Made by a program: the position numbers and the translations under genes. Below the pieces are notes generated by a model. It did no database searches and had not been told where the DNA came from. It saw nothing but the letters and a program-made list of their open reading frames with translations. From Bacteroidia bacterium (lineage in GTDB: Bacteria; Bacteroidota; Bacteroidia; SpSt-205), in NCBI GenBank assembly GCA_025059915.1, contig JANXDD010000004.1, positions 1 through 38,125 on the forward strand: DNA of 38,125 nucleotides, written 5' to 3'. This document shows, piece by piece, positions 27,878 through 36,957 of this stretch (within the stretch, counting starts at the first letter, position 1; every line of letters starts with the position of its first letter).

Positions 27878-29590
27878 TTATGTAGATTTCGGAGAAAGCC
27901 AGCGCAAGAGCTCTGCATACTGCTCGGGATCAATCGGGGCAGGAGCACCCAGCATGAGGTCTGAGCCGCTGGCTGTCTTAGGAAAAGCTATCACCTCACG
28001 CAAGCTGCGCGCCCCCGCTAAAAGCATCACCCATCTGTCTATGCCAAAAGCACATCCCCCATGGGGCGGCGCCCCATAGCTAAGCGCTTCCAAAAGAAAG
28101 CCAAACTTTTGCCGGGCCTCCTCCTCTGACAAACCTAAGGCTCTAAATATGCGCATCTGAAGCTCCGGTGTGTGGCAACGAATGCTACCGCTCATAATCT
28201 CATTTCCATTGATGACCAGGTCGTAAGCCAGAGCTCGTACGGTGAGGGGATCCGTCTCTATCCGCTCAACATCTGCTGGGTGTGGATGCACAAAAGGATG
28301 ATGAGCAGCCGACAGCCTCCCATCCTCCCCCTCCTCAAAAAGGGGAAACTCTACTATCCATGCCATAGCCCACGGCTTCTCTGGGGGAAGGGCTAAATCT
28401 TGAATCACTGCTTGACGAACCGCTCCTAACGCCGCCAACTTCTCTGTAGTAACCCATATGCCTAACCCATCCCCCGGCATTTCTATGCTATCTAATGAAA
28501 GGTACTTTGCCAGCGAAGAAGAACGCTGACCCTTCTCCTGCTGAATGAAGGCTACAGTCTCTGCTCCATTTTCCTTGGCAAGGGCTTGCCATTTATCCTG
28601 CTGCTTGCGAGAAGCTTTTACTTGAGGCACCCAGAGCCAAAAGGTGCGCCGTCCCTGCCAAAAAGGAACTCCCTGCTTCTGGGCCCACTGCGTAACTTCC
28701 TCCCAGCTGAGACTATATCGTAGGTCGGGCTTATCTGAGCCGTATCGCTGCATCGCCTCTGCATAAGTCAATCGGGGAAAATCTTCAAGCTCTATGCCTT
28801 TGATTGTCCGAAAGACTTCCTTCACCAGCCCCTCAAAAACTGATAGCACATCTTCCTGCGTTACAAAACTCATCTCACAATCCAGCTGGGTAAATTCTGC
28901 TTGCCGGTCCCCCCGATAGTCTTCATCGCGGAAGCAGCGTGCGACTTGAAAGTACCTGTCATATCCCGCAACCATCAAAAGCTGCTTGAGGAGCTGAGGC
29001 GACTGCGGTAGGGCATAGAAAGTTCCAGGTTTGAGCCGAGAGGGCACTAAGAAGTCCCGAGCTCCCTCGGGAGTAGAGCGAATAAGCATGGGAGTCTCCA
29101 CTTCCAGAAATCCCCGGCTTCTAAGATATTCCCGGCACACGCGGATAACCTCTGCTCTCAGCTCCAGGCGGCGCTGCTGAATCGGCCTGCGCAGGTCTAA
29201 GTACCGATACCGAAGTCGTAGCTCCTCCTGCCCATCCGTCTCATCCTCAATCAGAAACGGCGGCACCTGAGACCGATTGAGAATCTCAATGTGCTTTACT
29301 TCCACCTCTACCTCGCCTGTGGGAAGGTCTGGATTAGGGCTTTCCCTGCGGCGCACCACCCCAGAAGCCTGAATAACCCATTCGCGCCCAAGCTCTCTAA
29401 GGACCTGATACATAGGAGTCCCTTCAAGGGCTACCAGTTGAAGGATACCACTTCGGTCACGCACATCTACAAACACAAACCTTCCCAGGTCACGCACCCG
29501 CCTCACCCACCCTACTATACGAACTTCTGCCCCAATATGCTCAGGACGCAGCTGACCACAACCGTGGGTTCTGTATGAAGTGGATTCCAC
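27878..29590 (-). CDS. aspS: Aspartate--tRNA ligase
   Basis: 570 aa. The N-terminus contains YRTHGCGQLR. Class II motifs are FRDEDYRGDRQAEFTQLD and GGCAFGIDRWVMLL. The start is GTG at 29590. Confidence 0.93.
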   Translation of the reverse strand: MESTSYRTHGCGQLRPEHIGAEVRIVGWVRRVRDLGRFVFVDVRDRSGILQLVALEGTPMYQVLRELGREWVIQASGVVRRRESPNPDLPTGEVEVEVKHIEILNRSQVPPFLIEDETDGQEELRLRYRYLDLRRPIQQRRLELRAEVIRVCREYLRSRGFLEVETPMLIRSTPEGARDFLVPSRLKPGTFYALPQSPQLLKQLLMVAGYDRYFQVARCFRDEDYRGDRQAEFTQLDCEMSFVTQEDVLSVFEGLVKEVFRTIKGIELEDFPRLTYAEAMQRYGSDKPDLRYSLSWEEVTQWAQKQGVPFWQGRRTFWLWVPQVKASRKQQDKWQALAKENGAETVAFIQQEKGQRSSSLAKYLSLDSIEMPGDGLGIWVTTEKLAALGAVRQAVIQDLALPPEKPWAMAWIVEFPLFEEGEDGRLSAAHHPFVHPHPADVERIETDPLTVRALAYDLVINGNEIMSGSIRCHTPELQMRIFRALGLSEEEARQKFGFLLEALSYGAPPHGGCAFGIDRWVMLLAGARSLREVIAFPKTASGSDLMLGAPAPIDPEQYAELLRWLSPKST

Positions 29591-29594
29591 CCCA

Positions 29595-29602
29595 CAAAGG
29601 TA
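29595..29602 (-). promoter_or_regulatory. -7 promoter box TACCTTTG (minus strand)
   Basis: Perfect TAnnTTTG. A 4-nt spacer separates it from the aspS GTG at 29590. Confidence 0.5.
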
Positions 29603-29632
29603 AGCCTGCTGAGCCGCCTACATACCTTCACT

Positions 29633-29665
29633 AAAAAGAAAAAGCCGGTGCAAGGATGCACCGGC
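29633..29665 (-). terminator. Intrinsic terminator (minus strand)
   Basis: A 9-bp stem GCCGGTGCA/TGCACCGGC with a 4-nt loop at 29644-29665. On the minus strand it is followed by TTTTTCTTTTT. Confidence 0.7.
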
Positions 29666-29775
29666 TGCGCTCCCTCTCTCGGGCTTGCTCCTTAAAGACC
29701 ATCATCAGGGGCGCCACTAAGGTACAAAATTTACGATAATCCAAATGCAATTTTCTTTCACAATTCAGAAATAGC

Positions 29776-29812
29776 GGGTGTGGTTCGGTACCGAAACTGC
29801 TGCCCCACACCC
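29776..29812 (-). terminator. Hairpin downstream of the TonB-dependent receptor gene
   Basis: Outer stem GGGTGTGG/CCACACCC encloses the 12-nt palindrome TTCGGTACCGAA. It lies 39 nt after the receptor stop. Only a weak T-rich tail follows on the minus strand. Confidence 0.4.
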
Positions 29813-29850
29813 ACCTGCATGCCTTTCAGAAAAATTCTTTTTCTTCCACC

Positions 29851-32745
29851 CTATCGCAAGAAAGGGTCATATACTACCTGGAAGTAATACAATCCCCCCA
29901 CCCGAGGACCGCCAGGTAGCTGAACATAACGAACATTCAGGACATTTTGCCCTCCAAGCCGAAATACAGTTTTCCACTTCGGCACAGAGTAAGAGACTTG
30001 CACATCCACCCATTGACTTGCTGGAACAGGCCCCTCAATGATCCCATCCATCGTAAAGGCATCTATCCACCGATAATTTATAGCCCCTCCCCACCGACCG
30101 AAGTTAGTAAGGTACAATGAAGCACCCACTTTATGACGAGGCGTATTGAAGCTCGGAAGGAGACTTGGGTCTGCCCTCCCCCTAAGAACAAGCTGCGCGT
30201 AACTGTATGAAGCGGTCCAGAATATCTTTGGAGTGATGGCATACTCTATTCCTGCAGAAGCATAGTCTGCATAAACACTTTCGGTGTAATTAGTCGCTGT
30301 GCTATACTCGTAGTACCGTCCGTCACGCAGATTGATAAGCCCTTCACTGGTAGTGGGATCTATGTTTGTGAGGCTGCGTGGACGAGTGGAATTAGCTTCG
30401 TAAATCGGCTCAGGACCGACAATTCGCCGATAAAGAACAAAATCACGATATACAGCGCGTGCATATTCCACATCTATGTATAGGCCTCGTAGAAGCTGGA
30501 ACCGCCCCCCAACCTCATACTGCTGAGTAAACTCAGGACGCAAAGGATCCAAAACCCTTTTCACGAGATACTGCTGCGCCAGCTGAGCCAGCGTATCCTC
30601 TCCTTGTATTCCCTGGGCAGCCCTCCGATAGGCTTGAACAGAAACAGGATCAAAGGCAAACCTGTCTGCACCGAATATAGAGCGCGTTCTTGAAATACCT
30701 CCTAATGTGATGCTTCGGAATCCGATATCCAGACTGATAAACTGGTCTTGCAGAGTAGGAATGCGAAAACCTGTCTGATAAGAAAGACGGAAGTTATGCT
30801 GACGCTCTTTTCCAAAACCAAAGAGTATAGCCGCCCGCGGCGTGAAACGACCTTGAAAATACTGGCTTTTGTCGTAACGAATGGAACCTAAGAGCCGCAA
30901 TCGCCGATTAAAAAGCCACCGATTTGCTTGAATGAATCCTCCATATTCGCGCACCCATAGAGGCTCTTCAAAGTCCGAAAAGAGCGTACCCCGCGTATTG
31001 ACCCGAAATAGCCTCACATTTCCTCCCACTAAAATCTCCACCAATCTGCGAGTAAAATCTGACAAATCATACTGAGCTTCTGCATGATAGAAAGATGAGC
31101 GGTCATAAAAACCTGCCTGCCGATTGATGCGAATGTAACCGCTATTAATCTCTTCCTTCACCCGATTGAACTCTGGATCCCCTGGTTCTAAGCGCCGCCG
31201 AAAGGGTCCCCGCGGCAGTCCCGCCTGAGAGGCTATGAACGCATAGGTAGATGAAGGCTGCGTAACTGTATCCGCATATATCCGAGCAGCTTCATGAGAA
31301 CCGTATATAGCATATCCCTCATGATACAGAACAAACCATGCAGCATCTGGCTTCGCCCACTGATTGAGGTAAATCGCTGTAAAGCGGCTATCATAAGATC
31401 GCCCAGAGCTTTCCCAGCTGCCATAACTGCGAATAAAAAAGCGCCTTCCTCTCAACTCCACTTTATGCTGGTGGAAAAAGACGTCTCTAAGCACATTCCG
31501 ATTAGCCGCCTGATAGATAGTATTCCCATTGGAGATAAAGCTCCGCCATGAAAGCTCCAAATTGTCTGAGAAAAAGTAATGAAGCTGAGCTACATACTTC
31601 TGAAAAAAGACCTCTGGGCTGATGAGGTCTCGGTCTCTGTATCCCGTACGAGCAAGGTAGAATCGCTCTCTAATGCCAAAAAGCTGCGGCAGAGGCCCCA
31701 AAGCTGCATTCAGCACACGAACTTCATCGCCATAGGTATTGACGCCATTGTACCCAGGGTTCTGGCGGCCAGGAATAGTGTATTGTGGATCAGCTCCTGC
31801 ATAAGTTCCTTCATCCCGATAATCGGTAGCCAGCCAGTCTGTAGCTCTGAGATACTCAGCGGCGACCTTGAAGGAAAATCGTTCAAAAAGCGTCTGAGCA
31901 TACCTACCACTTAATTGGAAGTAAGGTCTGGGAGACAGTTCAGAAGCAAAATGATTGGCTCCCAATCGCACAGCAGCAGAAAAACCTGGGTACTGCCGGG
32001 GCGACCGGGAGTACATATCTAACATGCCGTTAAAAGCATTTGGCCCGTAGAGGGCAGAGGCTGGCCCGGCGGTGAGCTCCATCCGCTCTAAATCCACCTC
32101 TGGAGGTGCAGAGAGAAGCCCCACAGGAAATCCAAACACAGGAGCTATCATTTCTATGCCATCCACTCGCTGCACAAATCTTGGATTGCCAGGACCACCA
32201 AAACCGCGAGTATTGATAACTGGAAACGTAATGGAGTGATAATGCACATCCACATTCTTTGCTGTGGCCAGCTGCTGAAATAGGTTCGCTGCCGGGGCTA
32301 CTTGCAGCTCCCGAATCCCCAAGCGACTCACAGTTACAGGGGCTTCCAAGACTGCCTCTGGCACCCGACTAGTGCTGATAACAACCTCTTTCATCGCTAA
32401 TCCCCCTTCCTTGAGTAGAACTTCAATCCCCTGAGAGGAAGCTACCTGAACCTCCCCTGTCTCATATCCCACATAACTAACTTCTAAAACTACGGGAAGG
32501 CTCCCCACTACACTGAGGCGAAAGCTCCCATCTGGTCCAGAAACTGTACCCGATAAAGTTCCTTTCACCCGAACATAAGCCCCTGGCAGCGGCTCTTTAG
32601 TCGTGGCATCCCGCACTACTCCTTGAAGCAAAAGCGCTGAAGGAGGTGCTACCGCCTTGGGCTTCTCTATTTTACGAGGAATTTCCCGCTCTTCTTGAGC
32701 CAAAGCCACTCCCGTGAGGACTAAAAAGAATATAGGCAAGCGCAT
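29851..32745 (-). CDS. TonB-dependent receptor with an N-terminal CarboxypepD_reg-like domain
   Basis: 964 aa with signal peptide MRLPIFFLVLTGVALAQ. It has a GVVRDATTKEPLPGAYVRVKG carboxypeptidase-regulatory-like domain, a plug region, and a long beta-barrel-like C-terminal part. Confidence 0.85.
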   Translation of the reverse strand: MRLPIFFLVLTGVALAQEEREIPRKIEKPKAVAPPSALLLQGVVRDATTKEPLPGAYVRVKGTLSGTVSGPDGSFRLSVVGSLPVVLEVSYVGYETGEVQVASSQGIEVLLKEGGLAMKEVVISTSRVPEAVLEAPVTVSRLGIRELQVAPAANLFQQLATAKNVDVHYHSITFPVINTRGFGGPGNPRFVQRVDGIEMIAPVFGFPVGLLSAPPEVDLERMELTAGPASALYGPNAFNGMLDMYSRSPRQYPGFSAAVRLGANHFASELSPRPYFQLSGRYAQTLFERFSFKVAAEYLRATDWLATDYRDEGTYAGADPQYTIPGRQNPGYNGVNTYGDEVRVLNAALGPLPQLFGIRERFYLARTGYRDRDLISPEVFFQKYVAQLHYFFSDNLELSWRSFISNGNTIYQAANRNVLRDVFFHQHKVELRGRRFFIRSYGSWESSGRSYDSRFTAIYLNQWAKPDAAWFVLYHEGYAIYGSHEAARIYADTVTQPSSTYAFIASQAGLPRGPFRRRLEPGDPEFNRVKEEINSGYIRINRQAGFYDRSSFYHAEAQYDLSDFTRRLVEILVGGNVRLFRVNTRGTLFSDFEEPLWVREYGGFIQANRWLFNRRLRLLGSIRYDKSQYFQGRFTPRAAILFGFGKERQHNFRLSYQTGFRIPTLQDQFISLDIGFRSITLGGISRTRSIFGADRFAFDPVSVQAYRRAAQGIQGEDTLAQLAQQYLVKRVLDPLRPEFTQQYEVGGRFQLLRGLYIDVEYARAVYRDFVLYRRIVGPEPIYEANSTRPRSLTNIDPTTSEGLINLRDGRYYEYSTATNYTESVYADYASAGIEYAITPKIFWTASYSYAQLVLRGRADPSLLPSFNTPRHKVGASLYLTNFGRWGGAINYRWIDAFTMDGIIEGPVPASQWVDVQVSYSVPKWKTVFRLGGQNVLNVRYVQLPGGPRVGGLYYFQVVYDPFLR

Positions 32746-32749
32746 ATGG

Positions 32750-32757
32750 CAAATATA
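32750..32757 (-). promoter_or_regulatory. -7 promoter box TATATTTG (minus strand)
   Basis: Perfect TAnnTTTG. A 4-nt spacer (CCAT) separates it from ATG 32745. Confidence 0.55.
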
Positions 32758-32786
32758 TGTGATACGAAAAACCAGAACCTCAACCT

Positions 32787-33611
32787 TCAGCCTATTATAT
32801 CTACCAATAACCCCCCGATAGCCTCCCCAATAGTCCCTTGTCCTGTGCGAAAGGTTTTACTCATGCCTTTCATGCCTATGACAGGGACAAGTCCTTGAAT
32901 GACATTTGTAGTAAAAACCTCTTCTGCTTCCGCCAGCTTTTCTACAGGATATAGCCCTTCCTCAATGGGTAGGCCCAACTGCCGGGCTGCCTGGATTACC
33001 TGCATTCTGAAAACCCCCCGTACACACCCTGTACGCAGAGAAGGCGTGTGCAAAGCTTTTCCATCCCAGAAAAAAATATTTCCGCGGCTTGTTTCTGAAA
33101 GGTAGCCCTCGGCAGAAAGGACTATTGCCTCCTCGCACCCTTGAGCCTTGGCATAGGCTGCGGCTTGCACATATCCGACAGCGCTCAGAGTCTTATAGGC
33201 ACTCCACGGGGTAAATACTGTAAAGCCAGAGGGGAAAATGACCAACCGCTGAGGACGAGCTACGGGAAAAGAAAAAGAACCTGGCAATGGCGCAATATGC
33301 ACCTTCAAATAAGCTTCAGAAGTAAGAGGTGTATAAGTACCCTCCCCAGCCCGATAAAGTACTAGTTTTAGACGCGCATTTTCATAGGCTTGACAGAAGG
33401 AGCGAAGCTCTTTTTCCAAAGCTTCCATAGAGAGGGGAAGCTGAAGCGAGAGTACCTGAGCCCCTTCTCGTAACCTACGCAGGTGGTCTGAGAGGAAAAG
33501 GCATTTCCCTCGCCACACATGAATCGTCTCAAAGATGCCATCTCCAAAGAGCTCACCCCGACTCGGCAAGGTAATCTCCTGCCAAAAGCCTTTCACATAG
33601 AGGCGCCACAT
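32787..33611 (-). CDS. Class IV aminotransferase-fold protein (aminodeoxychorismate lyase PabC-like)
   Basis: 274 aa. The GDGIFET motif is about 20 aa from the N-terminus, and the size is typical of PabC-like enzymes. It overlaps the upstream gene by 59 nt. Confidence 0.55.
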   Translation of the reverse strand: MWRLYVKGFWQEITLPSRGELFGDGIFETIHVWRGKCLFLSDHLRRLREGAQVLSLQLPLSMEALEKELRSFCQAYENARLKLVLYRAGEGTYTPLTSEAYLKVHIAPLPGSFSFPVARPQRLVIFPSGFTVFTPWSAYKTLSAVGYVQAAAYAKAQGCEEAIVLSAEGYLSETSRGNIFFWDGKALHTPSLRTGCVRGVFRMQVIQAARQLGLPIEEGLYPVEKLAEAEEVFTTNVIQGLVPVIGMKGMSKTFRTGQGTIGEAIGGLLVDIIG

Positions 33612-34203
33612 GCGTCCTCGTAAAGGTAGAAAGTAAGTTCAGCGCCGCCTCCCTTTCCCAATGGCGAGAACCTGCCCGATTAGAAAGCACCCGAAACATG
33701 TACAAGCGAGCTCCCACCGCTTCTGCAAAGAGAAAGTAGGCGGCTCCCTCCTGCGTCTCAATGTCTGCTTCTGGATAGGCGCGCCGCCAATAGCGTGCTT
33801 CTCTCAGCGTAGCACTCACCGTATGAAGCGTAAGTCCTACTGCCAGAGGAAGCTCAAAAGGAGGGGGACTCCCTCTCCACCTTAGAGGGAAGCCCTGGCG
33901 CAGTCTGTCTGAAGCAGGTATGAAGCGCCGCCCCCGCCGCCCTAAATCTCCCCAGATTTCCTCCCTTACATACACAACGGAAGGGATACGATGACTTTTT
34001 CTATAACTCCCCGCTATGCCTAATCCTACCATTGTGAGATTAGAAGGCTCTTCCTCCCAGTACCATTTCCATAAAGTGTGTAGGGTAGCGAGGGCTCCTA
34101 CGCCTGTTACCCGCAAGGACACTGGCAGCTCAGCTTGCCAAACCGCCTCTGCCTCTATGCTACTGGGAGTGAGCAACCAAAGGCTGGAAGTGTTTCTCCT
34201 CAC
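33553..34203 (-). CDS. mqnB: Futalosine hydrolase-like nucleosidase (MqnB-like, PNP_UDP_1 fold)
   Basis: 216 aa. The pattern VTGVG ... GIAGSY ... HTVSAT ... ETQEGAAYF ... RVLSNRAGSRHW matches my recollection of the futalosine nucleosidase family. A GTG start forms a GTGA overlap with the upstream PP2C gene. Confidence 0.55.
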   Translation of the reverse strand: MRRNTSSLWLLTPSSIEAEAVWQAELPVSLRVTGVGALATLHTLWKWYWEEEPSNLTMVGLGIAGSYRKSHRIPSVVYVREEIWGDLGRRGRRFIPASDRLRQGFPLRWRGSPPPFELPLAVGLTLHTVSATLREARYWRRAYPEADIETQEGAAYFLFAEAVGARLYMFRVLSNRAGSRHWEREAALNLLSTFTRTHVAPLCERLLAGDYLAESG

Positions 34204-35459
34204 ACGATACGCAAACCCAAAAATAAAATATCATCTGTCTGAGGAGCCCCCCCTTGCCATTCAGAGAGAACTCGCTCCAAGTAAGCTCTCTGAGCGTCAA
34301 AAGGCTGCTGCTGCAGTTCCTGTAAGAGAACTTCTACCCGTTTGGCACCAAATTTTTTGCCTTCCGCATTCATCTGGTCAGAGATGCCGTCGCTATAGAG
34401 GTAAAAAGTATCGCCGGGCTCTAAATTTATCGTGTGTTCTCGGGCTGTCTGTCCCAGAAGGTCCCCGAAGCTAAAAGGATGGCGCTCCAGCGGGATAATC
34501 TCCCCCTTGCGTGCCAAAGCCCCTTTTCCCCGCAGCGAAATGTAAGAAACCTTCATTCGCAGCTTATCTATGAGGAGGATAGTCCCATCTATCGTGATGT
34601 CAATAGGAAGCTTGCGCCGAAATAGGTATCCCAGACGCTCATCTAACTCCTCAGCAAGCCGCTCTGGACTCCATATGCCGCGCTCTACGACCTGGTGCCT
34701 CAGCTCCTGAAAAAATAGCGTACTAACAATCCCCCCTGCCATTCCATGCCCTACGCTATCTCCAACGAAAATGAGCACTCGTCCCTGCTCCTCGTATGCC
34801 CAGAAAAAGTCGCCACTCACCACTTGTAACGGACGCCAGAAGACGAAATGAGGTAAGCCAATTTGAAAACCTTTTTCCCCCTCGGTATCCCGCGGAAAAA
34901 GAGCCGCCTGAATAGCCTGAGCTAACTCCAAATTCTCAAATAAGTCCTGAGCCAGCCGGTCCCGCTCCAAGCGCAATCTTGCCTCCAGTTCTTTCTGCCG
35001 GGTGATATCTACTCGCATAGAAATGTACCGATAGGGGTGCCCCTCCGCATCTAACAAAGGTCCTACCGTCGCCAGCACCCAATATGCCGAACCGTCCTTG
35101 CGACGATTTTTTATTTCTCCTTGCCAAATCTTGCCTGCCTTTATCGTATCCCACAGCTCCTTGAAAACCGACTTAGGCATATCTGGGTGCCGAACGATGT
35201 TATGGGGCTTGCCAACCAGCTCATCCAGAGCGTAGCCAGACACTTCACAAAACTTAGAATTAGCGTACGTGATGATGCCCCGTGTATCGGTCTCACTAAT
35301 CAAGGCAAAATGATCCATTATCCGGGCTCTGTCCCGAAATTCTCGCTCTATGGAACGTATCCGTTCTCGCAAAGTAGCTTCCATCATCTCGTATTGAGCG
35401 AGATGAGAAGCTACCTGAGAGAAAAGCTGACTGAGCTCCTGTTTAGAAAGCGGGTGCAT
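34200..35459 (-). CDS. Aer-type PAS sensor fused to a PP2C/SpoIIE-family Ser/Thr phosphatase (catalytic motifs intact)
   Basis: 419 aa. It has an N-terminal coiled coil and a PAS domain with PHNIVRHPDMP ... W ... KNRRKDGSAYWV. Phosphatase motifs are SGDFFW, VGDSVGHGMAGG, YLYSDGISD and QTDDILFLG. Confidence 0.8.
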   Translation of the reverse strand: MHPLSKQELSQLFSQVASHLAQYEMMEATLRERIRSIEREFRDRARIMDHFALISETDTRGIITYANSKFCEVSGYALDELVGKPHNIVRHPDMPKSVFKELWDTIKAGKIWQGEIKNRRKDGSAYWVLATVGPLLDAEGHPYRYISMRVDITRQKELEARLRLERDRLAQDLFENLELAQAIQAALFPRDTEGEKGFQIGLPHFVFWRPLQVVSGDFFWAYEEQGRVLIFVGDSVGHGMAGGIVSTLFFQELRHQVVERGIWSPERLAEELDERLGYLFRRKLPIDITIDGTILLIDKLRMKVSYISLRGKGALARKGEIIPLERHPFSFGDLLGQTAREHTINLEPGDTFYLYSDGISDQMNAEGKKFGAKRVEVLLQELQQQPFDAQRAYLERVLSEWQGGAPQTDDILFLGLRIV

Positions 35460-35462
35460 GCA

Positions 35463-36695
35463 TTAGCGAATTTCTATGCCTATCACGAGAAGGTCCGATT
35501 GATTTTCGCCGGAAAGGGCTTCTGCTAAAAGGCGGCGCTGCTCCGAGAAAGGATATGACTGAATGTTATGCAAAATAGAAGTGATTTGGGTGGAGGTTCC
35601 TAAGCCTCCCTCCCCAGACAGTCGCCCAACATGAAAATATAATCGCATACCGGGTTCAAGTTCCCTAATATTTTCACGCGCCGTCATGCCCAACATTTCC
35701 CCATAGCTCATCGGGTAGCTTACCAAAGGCTCTATTTGTCCCTGGTAGGCTAAAAATGCCCGCCCACGCAACGAAAGATAGGTAAGCTTACGACGCACAG
35801 TATCAATCAAAGCCACTATCCCATCAGCAGTAATGGGGAGCGATAACTGACGCTTGAAAAGGGTGGCTAACCGCATATCCAGCTCCTCTACGAGGCGCTC
35901 AGGCGAAATGATACCCTTATCTTGTATGAGATAACGAGCCTCTTGGATGAACAAAGTAGAAATAAGGCTACCTGCCATTCCGATCGTTCCTGTATCTCCC
36001 ACAAGAACCAGGATTCGGCCTTTCTCCTCATGAAGCCAGAAGAAAGCCCCACTTACCTCATGGAGAGGACGAAATAGGACGAAGTATGGAAGGGAAAGAG
36101 AGAGGGGAGCTGCACCACTCTCAATAGCAGGCAGAAGGGCTCGCTGAATCGCCCCCGCCAGCTTGAGATTTTGCTCCAGCTCCATTGCCAGCTTATTTCG
36201 CTCCTCCCGCAGCTTCTCCTCCAAATCCTTGAGCCTCGTTATGTCAATCCGCATGGAAACATACCGATACGGACGCCCTTCTTCATCCAGAAGCGGACCT
36301 ACCGTAGCCAGCACCCAATAATGCGAGCCATCCTTTCGGCGATTTTTTACCTCGCCTTGCCATATCTTCCCCGCTTTGATAGTGTCCCACAGCTCCTTGA
36401 AAGCCTCTTTAGGCATGTCTGGGTGCCGAATGATATTATGGGGCTTTCCAACCAGCTCTTCTACACTATAACCAGAAACTTCACAGAACTTGGGGTTAGC
36501 GTAGGTGATAATCCCCCGCGTATCCGTCTCACTGACTATAGCGAACTTATCCAGTATAGCTTTTCTATCCCGCAGCTCCCTCTCCAAGCTTTCAATACGC
36601 TCTTTGAGAGCTTCATAAGTACCTTCATATTTAGCCAAGTTTGCGGCCAGCTGCTGAAAAAGTGCCACGAGGTCCCCTGTAGTTGCCTGCTGCAT
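35463..36695 (-). CDS. Aer-type PAS sensor fused to a degenerate PP2C/SpoIIE domain (predicted pseudophosphatase), paralogue of 34200..35459
   Basis: 410 aa. The PAS region is 92/110 identical to the neighbour by my hand count over residues 51-160. The phosphatase motifs are altered: SGAFFW, GDTGTIGMAG, YFHVGRLSG and NQSDLLVIG. Confidence 0.75.
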   Translation of the reverse strand: MQQATTGDLVALFQQLAANLAKYEGTYEALKERIESLERELRDRKAILDKFAIVSETDTRGIITYANPKFCEVSGYSVEELVGKPHNIIRHPDMPKEAFKELWDTIKAGKIWQGEVKNRRKDGSHYWVLATVGPLLDEEGRPYRYVSMRIDITRLKDLEEKLREERNKLAMELEQNLKLAGAIQRALLPAIESGAAPLSLSLPYFVLFRPLHEVSGAFFWLHEEKGRILVLVGDTGTIGMAGSLISTLFIQEARYLIQDKGIISPERLVEELDMRLATLFKRQLSLPITADGIVALIDTVRRKLTYLSLRGRAFLAYQGQIEPLVSYPMSYGEMLGMTARENIRELEPGMRLYFHVGRLSGEGGLGTSTQITSILHNIQSYPFSEQRRLLAEALSGENQSDLLVIGIEIR

Positions 36696-36894
36696 AGCTC
36701 AGATTGATTTGAACATTAGTACAAAGGAAAGATATTCTTGCTTTACCGAGCACCCGCTAACAAAGCCCCCCCTCAAATCTCAAATGGCTCTCTCCATGCA
36801 AAGCCAGCTTTACTTCCATCGTATTATACCACACAAGAAAAGCAGCACACTCTTTTTTTCTCACATGACGGTGGCTGCCTGGGTCAGAAAAGTA

Positions 36895-36933
36895 GGTGGG
36901 TGGGGCGGGGCCTTCGGCGCCGCCCCACCCATC
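36895..36933 (-). terminator. GC-rich intrinsic terminator (minus strand) after the T9SS-cargo gene
   Basis: A stem of about 17 bp, GGTGGGTGGGGCGGGGC / GCGCCGCCCCACCCATC, with one mismatch and a CTTCG loop. On the minus strand it is followed by CTACTTTTCTG. Confidence 0.65.
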
Positions 36934-36957
36934 ACCTCACCTCAAACCTATTTCCCT

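Noticed and set aside
36171-36707. A 178-aa plus-strand ORF overlapping the PAS-pseudophosphatase gene.
   Set aside because: It is antisense to a gene with clear domain motifs. Its translation is low-complexity and featureless.
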